Below, piece after piece: positions 45,653 to 55,245 of a stretch of DNA of 64,000 nt. Position 1 is the first letter of the stretch, and every line of letters begins with the position of its first letter. Origin of the DNA: Lachnospiraceae bacterium (GTDB lineage Bacteria; Bacillota; Clostridia; Lachnospirales; Lachnospiraceae). The notes beneath the pieces were generated by a model. It was not told where the DNA came from, searched no databases, and saw only the letters and a program-made list of their open reading frames with translations. Where the stretch lies: NCBI GenBank assembly GCA_017513005.1, contig JAFWDM010000045.1:7388-71387 (forward strand). The letters are read 5' to 3'. The position numbers were made by a program, and so were the translations under genes.

Positions 45653-45923
45653 GATAAATAATGACGGCGGCTGCGGCAGCAGTCTGGAGCAGGAGCAGCT
45701 GGAAGCTGTCAGCGGCGGTTCTCTTTTATCCCGGCCGGCCGAAGGGATCCCGGGCGGAGAAAAAAGCAGGGCTGTCCACAGCATCTGCGGCACGGAACTG
45801 ACTTTCCGGCAGATCCAGGGTACCTATTACTGTCCTACCTGTAAAAAAGAAGTCCCGTTTAATGAGATCCTGAAAGGTTCCTGCCTGATCGACAGCGCAG
45901 GATCGAGAGGAGTCCTGTCATGA
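45642..45923 (+). CDS. Small protein with a double-glycine-type leader and a Zn-ribbon-like Cys core
   Basis: RBS ggagg plus GTG start. LEQEQLEAVSGG leader motif, then HSICG...YYCPTCK. Stop overlaps the kinase ATG. Confidence 0.65.
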   Translation: MNHEINNDGGCGSSLEQEQLEAVSGGSLLSRPAEGIPGGEKSRAVHSICGTELTFRQIQGTYYCPTCKKEVPFNEILKGSCLIDSAGSRGVLS

Positions 45924-48900
45924 ATGTCACATATGCGCTGACCGCGTCGATGCTCTTTCTGGGGCTGACGCTCATACTGGTCGATGTCAGCGGAAAGCTG
46001 AAAAAGAGTGAGCACAGGATCATTTCCATGATCCTGGTCGGGACGACCATGTTCTATGTCGCGATGGACTGCCTGTGGATTTTACTGTATACAGGCACGG
46101 GATTTCGCCGCGGCCTGTTCATTCTGATCAATTTTCTGTTTTATCTGGTCTATATCACGCTTCCGTTTATCTGGTTCCAGTTTGCAAAACACTTTTCCGG
46201 GAGCCGGGCAACCGGGAAAAAGATGAATTTCCTGTTTTCGATTCCGTGGCTCTTTAATCTGAGTCTGGTCTTCCTGACCATGACAGGGATGGACCTTTTG
46301 TGGAAGATCGGGGACGATGCAAACCGGTACGCCAGGGGACCGCTCTTCGGGATCTTCTCGAACCTGAACCTCATCTATTATTTTATCCCCGTGATCGGGA
46401 TCCTCGTGCTTCTCCACACCGGGAAAGGTGCGGACAGGCGGACACTTCTGACAACGCTGGGTTTCTCCATCATCCCGGCGCTGGGCGTGTTCATCTATAC
46501 CTACTGGATCTCCGTCGACGCGATCTACCCCTTCCAGCCCTGCTGCTTTTTCCTGGGCGTCATGTTCGCCTACATACTCCTTTTTTCCCACTTATACGAG
46601 AAGACGGAGGCGGACAATCTGCGCCTGACGGAGGAGGCGAAAAACGCGGGAAAAATGGCCGAGCTGATGGGATCCGTCGGGGCCCTTCTGACCAATATGC
46701 CCGCCATGACCTTTTCCAAGGAGGTCGCGACCGGCCGCTACCTGGCCTGCAACCAGTCCTTTGCCGAGTACGCCCATAAGGAGAACCCCGACCAGGTGGT
46801 CGGGCTGACCGATCACGATATATTTGATCCGGTGACGGCAGACCATTTTGTGGAGGATGACCGGAAAGCGACGGCGATGGCTGAGCCCTACGTCTTTTTC
46901 GAGGATGTACCGGACGCTGTCGGGATTCCCCGGAATCTGCAGACGACGAAGCTGACCTTTACGGACGGATCGGGCAGGCTGTGCCTTCTGGGCATGTGCG
47001 TTGACGTCACGGAGATGACGAAGACCAAGCAGGCGGAAGCCGAGAGCAGGATCCGCCAGCAGGAGCTGGAGGAAAAGCTGGCGCTGCAGGAAAAGCTGCT
47101 GCAGGAGGAAAACCGCAGAGAGCCGCAGGCAAAGCTGATCACAGCGCTCTCCTCGGACTACTGGAGCGTCTACTATCTCGAACTGGACAAGGACGAGGGG
47201 GTCTGCTACCAGTCCCACGCAGATCTGGGCGGGACCGGCTTCAAGGTCGGAGACCGCTTCCGGTATCTGGAGTCTGTGACGGCTTACGCGAAGCAATATA
47301 TCACAGAGCAGTACCTGGAGGAATTTCTGCGCTTTGTCCAGCCGGATGCGATCCGCGAGGGACTGAAAACCAACCGGGTGATCGGATATACCTACATGGT
47401 GCACCGGAACGGGAAGGATTCCTATGAGACCGTTCGTTTCGCCGGTGTGCGGCATCCGGAGGACCGGGAGGATCATATCGTTCACAATGTGGGCGCATGC
47501 TTCGCGGATACGGATGCGGAGACACGAAAGGCGACGGAGCACAGCCAGGCGCTGGCGCAGGCCCTGACCGCGGCAGAGGAAGCGAACAAGGCCAAAACCG
47601 CCTTCCTCTCCAACATGAGCCATGAGATCCGCACGCCGATGAACGCGATCATCGGCCTGGACAATATCGCACTGAATGACCCGACGATCTCCGACGAGAC
47701 CAGGGAGCACCTGGAAAAGATCGGGACCTCCGCCCACCACCTGCTCGGGATCATCAATGATATCCTGGATATGAGCCGCATCGAATCCGGCCGCATGGTC
47801 GTCAAAAGCGAGGAGTTTTCCTTTGCCCGGGCACTGGGGCAGGTCAATACGATCATCAGCGGCCAGTGCCGCGACAAGGGGCTCCGGTACGACTGCAGGG
47901 TCATCGGGAAAGTCAGCGACTACTACATCGGAGATGACATGAAGCTGCGGCAGGTGATGATCAATATCCTGGGCAATGCGGTCAAGTTCACGCCGGAGGG
48001 CGGCAGTGTGACCTTTACTGTGGAGGAGACTGCCCGGTATGAGGGGAAAGCGACGCTTCGCTTTGTCGTCAGTGATACCGGCATCGGTATGAGTAAAGAA
48101 TATCTCCCCAGGATCTTTGATGCCTTTACCCAGGAGGATTCCTCGAGCACGAACAAGTACGGGAGTACGGGGCTGGGCATGCCCATCACAAAGAGCATCG
48201 TGGAACTGATGAACGGCCACATCGAAGTGGAGAGCGAGAAGGGCGTCGGAACGACCTTTACCGTCACGGTGACCCTTCTGGAGTCGAACCGGCAGAGCAG
48301 CGGGGAGGAGCAGGGTATGCTGCATCCCCACGATATGTGCGTCCTGGTGATCGATGATGATCCGGTCGCCTGCGAGCATGCACAGGTCGTTCTGGGCCAG
48401 GTCGGGATCAGCTGCGAGAAGGCACTGTCCGGCGCGGAGGGCCTGGAGATGGTCCGGCTCCATCACGCCAGGCGGGACCCCTTCAATCTGATCCTGGTCG
48501 ACTGGAAGATGCCGGAGATGGACGGCCTGGAGACGACCAGGGCGATCCGGGCTGCCGTCGGAGACGAGACGCCCGTGATCATTCTCACCTCCTACAGCTG
48601 GGATGATATCGCGGAAGAGGCGAAAGAAGCCGGTGTGGACACCTTTGTCGCCAAACCGCTCTTTGCGGGGACTGTCCTGGATGAGTTCCGGGAGGCCTTC
48701 AACAGGAAAAATACACAGCTGGTCAAAGAGACGGCAGACCTGAAGGGACGCCGAATCCTGCTGGCGGAGGACGTCGACGTCAACGCCGAGATCATGATGA
48801 TGGTCCTGTCCATGCGGGAGATGGAGGTCGATCACGCTGAGAACGGAAAGATCGCTGTCGACATGTTCGCAGAGCACGAACCGGACTACTATGCCGCGAT

Positions 48901-49126
48901 CCTCATGGATATGCGCATGCCGGAGATGGACGGACTGGAGGCGACCAGGGTCATCCGCGGGATGGACCGGGAGGATGCGAAGACCATCCCGATCATTGCC
49001 CTGACAGCCAATGCCTTCGACGAAGACGTCCAGAGGAGCCTGCAGGCGGGTCTCAACGCCCACCTGAGCAAACCGGTGGAGCCGGAGGCACTGTTCAGGA
49101 CCCTGGAGGGCCTGATCAGAGTTTAA
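45920..49126 (+). CDS. Hybrid sensor histidine kinase (7TM-like, PAS, HisKA, HATPase, two receiver domains)
   Basis: FLSNMSHEIRTPMNAIIG, NILGNAVKFT, DTGIGM, TGLG, LVDWKMP and LMDMRMP motifs. Confidence 0.95.
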   Translation: MNVTYALTASMLFLGLTLILVDVSGKLKKSEHRIISMILVGTTMFYVAMDCLWILLYTGTGFRRGLFILINFLFYLVYITLPFIWFQFAKHFSGSRATGKKMNFLFSIPWLFNLSLVFLTMTGMDLLWKIGDDANRYARGPLFGIFSNLNLIYYFIPVIGILVLLHTGKGADRRTLLTTLGFSIIPALGVFIYTYWISVDAIYPFQPCCFFLGVMFAYILLFSHLYEKTEADNLRLTEEAKNAGKMAELMGSVGALLTNMPAMTFSKEVATGRYLACNQSFAEYAHKENPDQVVGLTDHDIFDPVTADHFVEDDRKATAMAEPYVFFEDVPDAVGIPRNLQTTKLTFTDGSGRLCLLGMCVDVTEMTKTKQAEAESRIRQQELEEKLALQEKLLQEENRREPQAKLITALSSDYWSVYYLELDKDEGVCYQSHADLGGTGFKVGDRFRYLESVTAYAKQYITEQYLEEFLRFVQPDAIREGLKTNRVIGYTYMVHRNGKDSYETVRFAGVRHPEDREDHIVHNVGACFADTDAETRKATEHSQALAQALTAAEEANKAKTAFLSNMSHEIRTPMNAIIGLDNIALNDPTISDETREHLEKIGTSAHHLLGIINDILDMSRIESGRMVVKSEEFSFARALGQVNTIISGQCRDKGLRYDCRVIGKVSDYYIGDDMKLRQVMINILGNAVKFTPEGGSVTFTVEETARYEGKATLRFVVSDTGIGMSKEYLPRIFDAFTQEDSSSTNKYGSTGLGMPITKSIVELMNGHIEVESEKGVGTTFTVTVTLLESNRQSSGEEQGMLHPHDMCVLVIDDDPVACEHAQVVLGQVGISCEKALSGAEGLEMVRLHHARRDPFNLILVDWKMPEMDGLETTRAIRAAVGDETPVIILTSYSWDDIAEEAKEAGVDTFVAKPLFAGTVLDEFREAFNRKNTQLVKETADLKGRRILLAEDVDVNAEIMMMVLSMREMEVDHAENGKIAVDMFAEHEPDYYAAILMDMRMPEMDGLEATRVIRGMDREDAKTIPIIALTANAFDEDVQRSLQAGLNAHLSKPVEPEALFRTLEGLIRV

Positions 49127-49241
49127 AGAAACAGACATCCGGGTACTGGCACGGATGATCACAGGAAGAGTGCATGAAAGAAAAGAACCCCGTCACGCGC
49201 TGAGTGTGTGACGGGGTTCAAATAACCGGAGGAAGAGACCT

Positions 49242-49835
49242 ATGAAAATCTGGATCGCCCGCCACGGGCAGACGGACCTCAACCAAAAACGGCGCATGCA
49301 GGGCCTGACGGACTGCCCGCTCAATGAAAAGGGCATCCGGCAGGCGCATCAGTCGCGCAAAAACATCGGCGGCGTCCGCTTTGACGCCGTCTATGCCAGT
49401 CCCCTGCAGCGGGCCAGGCTCACCGGTTCCATCATCGGCGGGGTGGATCTTACGGAGGTCATCGTGGATGACCGGCTGGTCGAGGTGGATTTCGGCCGCT
49501 ATGAACAGCGGAAATACTACCTGATGGGGCCGGCGATGGCCGCCTACTGGGCTTTTCCGAGGCGCTTTCCAGCCCCGCCCACCGTAGAGAACCTTGACTC
49601 CATGAGAGACCGCGCGGCCTCTTTTTTAAGAGATCTGGAGAGAAAGGACTATGACAATGTCCTGGTCGCCTGCCACGGGGGCATCATGCGCGCGCTCTGC
49701 GGCCGGCTCGAGGAGGCGCCGGACGGCCTTTACTGGAAGCGGGCCGCGAACTGCGAGATCCGCGTCTACGAATATAAAAACGGAAAACACCGGTTCCTGA
49801 AGTCCTACAGTCTCCCGAAGTCTTTCTGTTCCTGA
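49242..49835 (+). CDS. Histidine phosphatase (phosphoglycerate mutase-like) family protein
   Basis: RHGQT, YASPLQRA and CHGG motifs. Confidence 0.9.
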   Translation: MKIWIARHGQTDLNQKRRMQGLTDCPLNEKGIRQAHQSRKNIGGVRFDAVYASPLQRARLTGSIIGGVDLTEVIVDDRLVEVDFGRYEQRKYYLMGPAMAAYWAFPRRFPAPPTVENLDSMRDRAASFLRDLERKDYDNVLVACHGGIMRALCGRLEEAPDGLYWKRAANCEIRVYEYKNGKHRFLKSYSLPKSFCS

Positions 49836-50029
49836 ATTTGGACAATGCGATTTATCTGCATCTGTTACGGTTTAGCGGGAAAAGTACTATAATTGTCGCG
49901 CTAAGAGAGGCCTGGCTTCTTCTTTATCGCATAAAAATCCGCGAGCGCGTCTTGGAGTATACGCTTTTTCGAACACAAGCCCGTGAATGGAAGTACCGCT
50001 AATTCTACAGTCAGCAGAAAGGGCATATC

Positions 50030-51361
50030 GTGAACAAGGATCTAACCGTAGGAAAACCGGAAACCGTGTTGTGGCAGTTCTGCCTGCCTTTATTCGGGAG
50101 TATCATCTTCCAGCAGCTCTACAATATTGCGGACAGTCTGGTCGCAGGAAAATTCATCGGCGAAAATGCGCTGGCAGCCGTCGGCAACAGCTATGAGATC
50201 ACCCTGATCTTTATCGCCTTCGCCTTTGGCTGCAACATTGGCTGTTCTGTCATCGTCTCCCGTTACTTCGGGGCAAAACAGTACCGCACGATGAAAACCG
50301 CGGTCACGACCTCACTCATCTCCAGCGGGTTCGTCTGCATCGCGCTGATGCTGACCGGCCTCCTCTTCTGTGACAGCCTCCTGCAGCTGATCCACACCCC
50401 GCAGGAACTCTTCGCGGATTCAAAGCTCTACCTGGACATCTATGTCTGGGGACTCCCCTTTGTTTTCTTTTACAATATCGCGACCGGTATTTTTTCCGCG
50501 CTGGGCGATTCCAGGACGCCCTTCTGGTTTCTGGCGGTTTCTTCCACGGTCAACATCGGCATGGACGTGTGGTTTGTCGCCGGATTTGGCATGGGTGTCG
50601 CGGGCGTTGCCTGGGCGACATTTCTCTGCCAGGGCGTAAGCTGCGTGCTGGCGCTCGTATTCGTCGCCAGGAGGCTCCGGAGCATTCCCTCCGGTGAGCG
50701 GTCCGCCCTCTTTTCCTGGAAGATCTGCGGGAACTTTGCCAGGGTGGCGGTCCCCAGCATCCTGCAGCAGAGCTTCATCTCCGTCGGCAACATCATCATC
50801 CAGAGTGTCATCAACGGCTTCGGTCCCTCCGTAATGGCGGGCTACTCCGCAGCGATCAAGCTCAACAACCTGGTCATCACTTCCTTCACGACACTGGCCA
50901 ACGGGATCTCGAACTACACCTCCCAGAACCTGGGAGCCGGAGAACTGGACCGCATCCGCGGCGGCTTCCGGGCAGGGATCAAGATGGTATGGATGCTCTC
51001 CCTGCCTCTCGTCCTGCTCTATGTCCTGGGCGGCCGGCTGGCTCTTCAGCTCTTTATCAGTGATCCGACCGGCGAAGCGATGCACACCGGCATGATGATC
51101 CTGCGCATCCTGGCACCCTTCTACTTTGTGATCTCCACCAAGCTCGTTGCGGACGGCGTTCTGCGCGGCGCCAGCCTCATGGGCCGGTTCATGGTGTCCA
51201 CCTTCACGGACCTGATCCTGCGTGTCGTCCTGGCCATCGTCTTTTCCACGACGGCTCTGGGCGCGACCGGAATCTGGTGTGCCTGGCCGATCGGCTGGAC
51301 TACCGCAGCCGTGCTGTCTGTCTTTTTCTACAGGAACGGACCCTGGAAAAAGAGAGACTGA
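50030..51361 (+). CDS. MATE family efflux transporter
   Basis: QQLYNIADSLVAGKFIGENALAAVG, ALGDSRTP and NIGMD motifs, with 12 TM-like segments. Confidence 0.93.
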   Translation: MNKDLTVGKPETVLWQFCLPLFGSIIFQQLYNIADSLVAGKFIGENALAAVGNSYEITLIFIAFAFGCNIGCSVIVSRYFGAKQYRTMKTAVTTSLISSGFVCIALMLTGLLFCDSLLQLIHTPQELFADSKLYLDIYVWGLPFVFFYNIATGIFSALGDSRTPFWFLAVSSTVNIGMDVWFVAGFGMGVAGVAWATFLCQGVSCVLALVFVARRLRSIPSGERSALFSWKICGNFARVAVPSILQQSFISVGNIIIQSVINGFGPSVMAGYSAAIKLNNLVITSFTTLANGISNYTSQNLGAGELDRIRGGFRAGIKMVWMLSLPLVLLYVLGGRLALQLFISDPTGEAMHTGMMILRILAPFYFVISTKLVADGVLRGASLMGRFMVSTFTDLILRVVLAIVFSTTALGATGIWCAWPIGWTTAAVLSVFFYRNGPWKKRD

Positions 51362-51424
51362 ACAAAAAGAGAGACTGATAAAAGAGAAACCGACGAGTAA
51401 GAGCGGGGGCATTTCCAAAGGTTC

Positions 51425-52720
51425 TTATCCTTTCCTTTTCTGCAAAAAGAGATTCAGGATGGCGGCTGCGACCATGCAGGCTGCAAAGAGCAGCAGTGTG
51501 GACATGCCGGTGTGCATCCCGGCAGTATTGGCTACGGTTCCGACGACAGCCGGGGCCACGATCGCGCCCATGGAGGTAAGGAACACGAAGAATCCCATGC
51601 AGACGGGATATCTGGAAAAAATATCTCCGGCGTTGGAAACGGAAGTGCCGAACATTCCGGACATGCCCAGGCCGATTCCCGCCGTTGCGATCAGCAGTCC
51701 TGCGGGAGAGCTGCTCTGCAGCAAAAGGACCATGAACACCGTGGTGATCAGGGTCAGGGCCAAGATCATATGTCCGGGCCGGAACTTTTTGGCGGCAAGG
51801 GAGCAGAGGAGCCGGCCTGCCATCAGGGCCATCCAGAGCACGGAAGTGGTGAATTGGGCGAGGGATGCCTGCATAGCCCCTGTATCGATCAGAAAGCTGG
51901 TCATCCATCCCATAAAGGATGCCTCCACAGCCTGGTAGAAAAAGCAGATCGCGACCGTGACCCAGAACAGGACCTCCCTGAAAAAGCCGTAGTCGACTTT
52001 CTTTTTCCTGCTGTCCCCTTTTGCGGAACCTGCTTTCTCAGCACCCGCATCTGCGGCGGCTGCCTTTGCCGGATCTGCGCTTTTCTGATTTCTGCCCGTT
52101 TTTACGGGATCCCTGCTGTCTTCTGCGGTTTCGAGATCCTTGTCCGAAAATCCTGCCAGGACCAGAAAGACCAGGGAAGCCGCACAGCAGATGCAGCCGA
52201 TGATAACGGCCATCCGCCAGCCTGAGACCGCGAGAACGATCAGGGGCGCGATGACAGCGCCGGCGGCAAAACAGGCATGCAGGATATTGAGCGGGCCGGC
52301 ATTTCCCCTGCTGTAAATATTCATCAGCAGGTTGTTATAATTTGTGATGCCGCCTTTTCCGATGCCGATCAGGAGCATGGCGGCGAGAAGCCAGACCGGA
52401 TTGCCGCTGATGAGCAGCATGATAAAGCCCAGGGTCACCGACAGCTGGATCAGGATATAAGAGACCTTGATCCCCAGCAGCAGGGGCAGATAGCCTGCCA
52501 GCAGACCGGCCAGTACATAGCCCACAGACTGGACGGACAAAAGTGCTCCGCCGACCTGATAGGAGAGAGCGTAGTCCGTCTTGAGGTCAGGCAGGATCGC
52601 CCCCAGCATGATCAGGACCAGGCCCAGCGACATATAGGCGTAGAACAGATTCAGGACGACTCCCAGTTTTCTCTTTCCAAGCGATGCGAAAAACCCCTGC
52701 TTTTCCACCTTCTTTTCCAT
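51425..52720 (-). CDS. MFS transporter (FucP/TsgA-like)
   Basis: GAILPDL, LHACFAAGAVIAP, E.SFMGW and GRL motifs, with 12 hydrophobic segments. Confidence 0.85.
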   Translation of the reverse strand: MEKKVEKQGFFASLGKRKLGVVLNLFYAYMSLGLVLIMLGAILPDLKTDYALSYQVGGALLSVQSVGYVLAGLLAGYLPLLLGIKVSYILIQLSVTLGFIMLLISGNPVWLLAAMLLIGIGKGGITNYNNLLMNIYSRGNAGPLNILHACFAAGAVIAPLIVLAVSGWRMAVIIGCICCAASLVFLVLAGFSDKDLETAEDSRDPVKTGRNQKSADPAKAAAADAGAEKAGSAKGDSRKKKVDYGFFREVLFWVTVAICFFYQAVEASFMGWMTSFLIDTGAMQASLAQFTTSVLWMALMAGRLLCSLAAKKFRPGHMILALTLITTVFMVLLLQSSSPAGLLIATAGIGLGMSGMFGTSVSNAGDIFSRYPVCMGFFVFLTSMGAIVAPAVVGTVANTAGMHTGMSTLLLFAACMVAAAILNLFLQKRKG

Positions 52721-53070
52721 AAGTATTTTCCCTCTTCAAGCAGTAAGTGTTTTCAGTATTAGTTCGGTATTTTCATTTTAGACATTCTGGCGGCATTATA
52801 TACAATTACAACGCTTTTTTCTATAGTCTCCGGGAGTTCAGCCTTATATTTCCTGAAAAACCATTTCCTGAAAAATTGTGTCAGTGCAAACGGAACTCGA
52901 ATCTGGTGCAGGCACGGGGCCGGTCCGGGAGAACAGATTTCTTGCCGCGGACAGACGCCTGTGGCATACTGATCATAGAAGCGTATATGACTATGGATGC
53001 GTGAAAGGCTCCGGCCCTCAGGATGGAGCTTCTACAGACATGTGTATTACCGGAAAAAGGAGGAAACAAC

Positions 53071-54192
53071 ATGTTTTCAGTCAGAGGACCCAAATTTAAA
53101 TACTTCGCCATCGTCATGGCTGTGATCTGCATCATTGCGGGCGTGTATCTGACCTTTTTTCATTCCGCAGGATATGTAAAAACGGAGGCGACCGTCGTAT
53201 CCATCGTGGAAGAGCCCGGGGGTGGCGGATCAGATGACAGCGACTATATCGTCACCGTGGGCTACACGGTCGACGGGCAAAGCTACCAGTCGGTACTGGA
53301 TTCCTACAGCCCTTCCTACAGGGAGGGAAAGACCATCGATGTCCTCTACAATCCCGACGATCCTTCTGTCGTACACGGCGCAGACGCCATGGGCATCTAC
53401 GCACTGGCGGTCGGGATCGTGATCCTCGTGATCGCAGCGGTTTCCGGCGTGAAGACGCGGCGGGGATTGGAAAATGCAGGGAAGACACGGCCGATCGGCG
53501 AGGATTCATCCGGTGCCGGAAGTGACGGGCACGATGGTGCAGACACTCCGGCAGGAAATGCATCCGGTGCCCGGACAGGTTTTGCGCCCTCTGTCCGGGG
53601 AGAGGAGCGCGAGGTCTATTTTCTGACGGATGTGGGGACACCAAAGTACGGACACCGCATCGAGGACAGAAACCGGAAGGTGCTCTACGAGGCAAAAATG
53701 ACCAGCTTTTCTCTTGTGTCGGCGTATGGTTTTGACTTTATCGACCATGAGCACGGGACTGTGACGCCCCACCTGGTCGGCCACGAGGAGGAGAGCGACT
53801 GGAACAGCTTCCTGCTCGATACCCACTATACCTTTGAACTGGACGGTGTGGATGTCTGGAAGTATCTCAAACAGAACGGGATCAGCGTCGAAACGGAGCG
53901 CATGGACGGCACGGTCTGGCCCCGCTGGCGCGTCACGCGGGACGGACAGGAGATCGCGGTGATCGAGTCCAGCAGCAGGTTTGTCCACGAGGAAGATGCG
54001 GAAAAACATGCTGTGATGAACAAAGTCGCAGTGCCGGGCTTCTACCGCATCCGGACCGGTGAGGAGAACCTTGACGCCGTCTTCATGACCGCCATGGCCT
54101 TTGGCCGGAGCGGGGCTCTCAACGATGAGGGCGGCGCGTACGGGAAGATCATCAGAGACAGGGTAAGGCAGGAATTTGCCAAAGAGGACTGA
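53071..54192 (+). CDS. DUF3592-like membrane protein with a C-terminal LURP-one/scramblase-like domain
   Basis: RBS aaggagg. TM - TEATVVS...VGYTVDG...VLYNPDDP - TM architecture, then a beta-rich domain ending in VFMTAMAF. Confidence 0.5.
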   Translation: MFSVRGPKFKYFAIVMAVICIIAGVYLTFFHSAGYVKTEATVVSIVEEPGGGGSDDSDYIVTVGYTVDGQSYQSVLDSYSPSYREGKTIDVLYNPDDPSVVHGADAMGIYALAVGIVILVIAAVSGVKTRRGLENAGKTRPIGEDSSGAGSDGHDGADTPAGNASGARTGFAPSVRGEEREVYFLTDVGTPKYGHRIEDRNRKVLYEAKMTSFSLVSAYGFDFIDHEHGTVTPHLVGHEEESDWNSFLLDTHYTFELDGVDVWKYLKQNGISVETERMDGTVWPRWRVTRDGQEIAVIESSSRFVHEEDAEKHAVMNKVAVPGFYRIRTGEENLDAVFMTAMAFGRSGALNDEGGAYGKIIRDRVRQEFAKED

Positions 54193-54372
54193 CCGTGCTT
54201 TGGTAAAAGGTTTGGAAACCCGCTTTTTAAGCGAAAACAGTTAGACAGCTTCGAGTTAGTCATGATGCAGCAGCTTCAGCGGGGACGCAATTCGTCATGG
54301 AACGCTTCCCTGAGCGCATATACAAAAAATAGAAAAACGAATTTAGCATCATTCATCAGGATCATCATTCAT

Positions 54373-54405
54373 GCCCCCGGAACAATAACAGCCGGGGGCT
54401 TTTTC
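54373..54405 (+). terminator. Intrinsic terminator
   Basis: gcccccgg / ccgggggc stem followed by ttttt. Confidence 0.75.
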
Positions 54406-54499
54406 ATTGTAAAGAGTCAAATCAGCAAGAGTCAAATCAGGTGTTTTCTTATAGTGGCAGATACTGGGTCATGTAATAATACAGTGAATAAATATTCCG

Positions 54500-55060
54500 T
54501 ATTTCGGGATGGAGCGCCTTCTTGAAACACTGCATCCTGTCCCGCACGGCCCGGAGGCGGCAGAAGAGGTTCTGCGCATGATCAGCAGGAGCGTGAGTGC
54601 CTACTGTGAAGGCGTCGAGCCCTTTGACGACATGGCGGCACTGGTTCTGTTTATGGCAGAAGCACTGCCTGAAGAGGACATGTGCGATGACATGCGCCCG
54701 CTTCCGGTCTCCCTGTCTGCCTTCGAAACGGTCAAAGAAGCCGTGCTTGAACAGGCCGGCGATACGAAAGAGGCAAGGATGGCGCTGCTTGCATGTGATG
54801 AAGCCCTGTCGAATATCGTACACCATTCAGGGGCTTTAAACCTTTCTTTCCGGTGCGGAAAACAGGGAGACAGGCTGTGCGTTGTATTCTCGGACGACGG
54901 GATCGCCTTTGATCCGACGACTGCCCTGACCGAAGAAAAAGACTTCGATCAGCTTGACAGCGGCGGTATGGGACTGCAGCTGATCCGCCAGACGGCGTCC
55001 TCGGTCCGGTATGAGAGAAAGGATGAAAGGAATCTGCTCACCTTGATGTTTCCTGTATGA
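54500..55060 (+). pseudogene. 5'-truncated SpoIIE(PP2C)-RsbW fusion remnant with an intact anti-sigma HATPase_c domain
   Basis: YFGMERLL...FDDMAALVL matches the last third of a SpoIIE domain, and an in-frame stop lies just upstream (54485). DEALSNIVHH, DDGIAFDP and GGMGLQLIR indicate an RsbW-like kinase. Confidence 0.65.
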
Positions 55061-55116
55061 CCGCTTTATGATCGAAACGCCGCGCGGCGTACGCATAGCG
55101 TATTGGAATCGCCGCA

Positions 55117-55175
55117 CGCAACGTTACAGCAATGCGAAGCTTTGCTTCCGCCCTTCGAGGAGGCGTGGAGTAACG
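55117..55175. repeat. Dispersed palindromic repeat, family 2, copy 2
   Basis: cgcaacgttacagcaatgcgaagctttgcttccgcccttcgaggaggcgtggagtaacg, matching 32916-32975. Confidence 0.8.
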
Positions 55176-55245
55176 ACAGGTTTCACCGATGGCGTTCGGA
55201 GACGCCGTGTACTTTATGATATGGAAGATACGGAGTATGCTCACG

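Noticed and set aside
46592-49162. 856-aa minus-strand ORF
   Set aside because: It is an antisense shadow of the hybrid kinase, has no recognisable motifs, and is expected from GC3-biased codon usage.
49185-49219. Strong hairpin followed by ggttcaaa, as a tRNA fragment or forward terminator
   Set aside because: No cloverleaf can be built, and the U-tract is on the minus strand while both flanking genes are plus, so the function is unclear.
54262-54525. Ile/His-rich short ORF ahead of a terminator, as an attenuator leader peptide
   Set aside because: No RBS, no biosynthetic genes downstream, and the ORF runs through the terminator.
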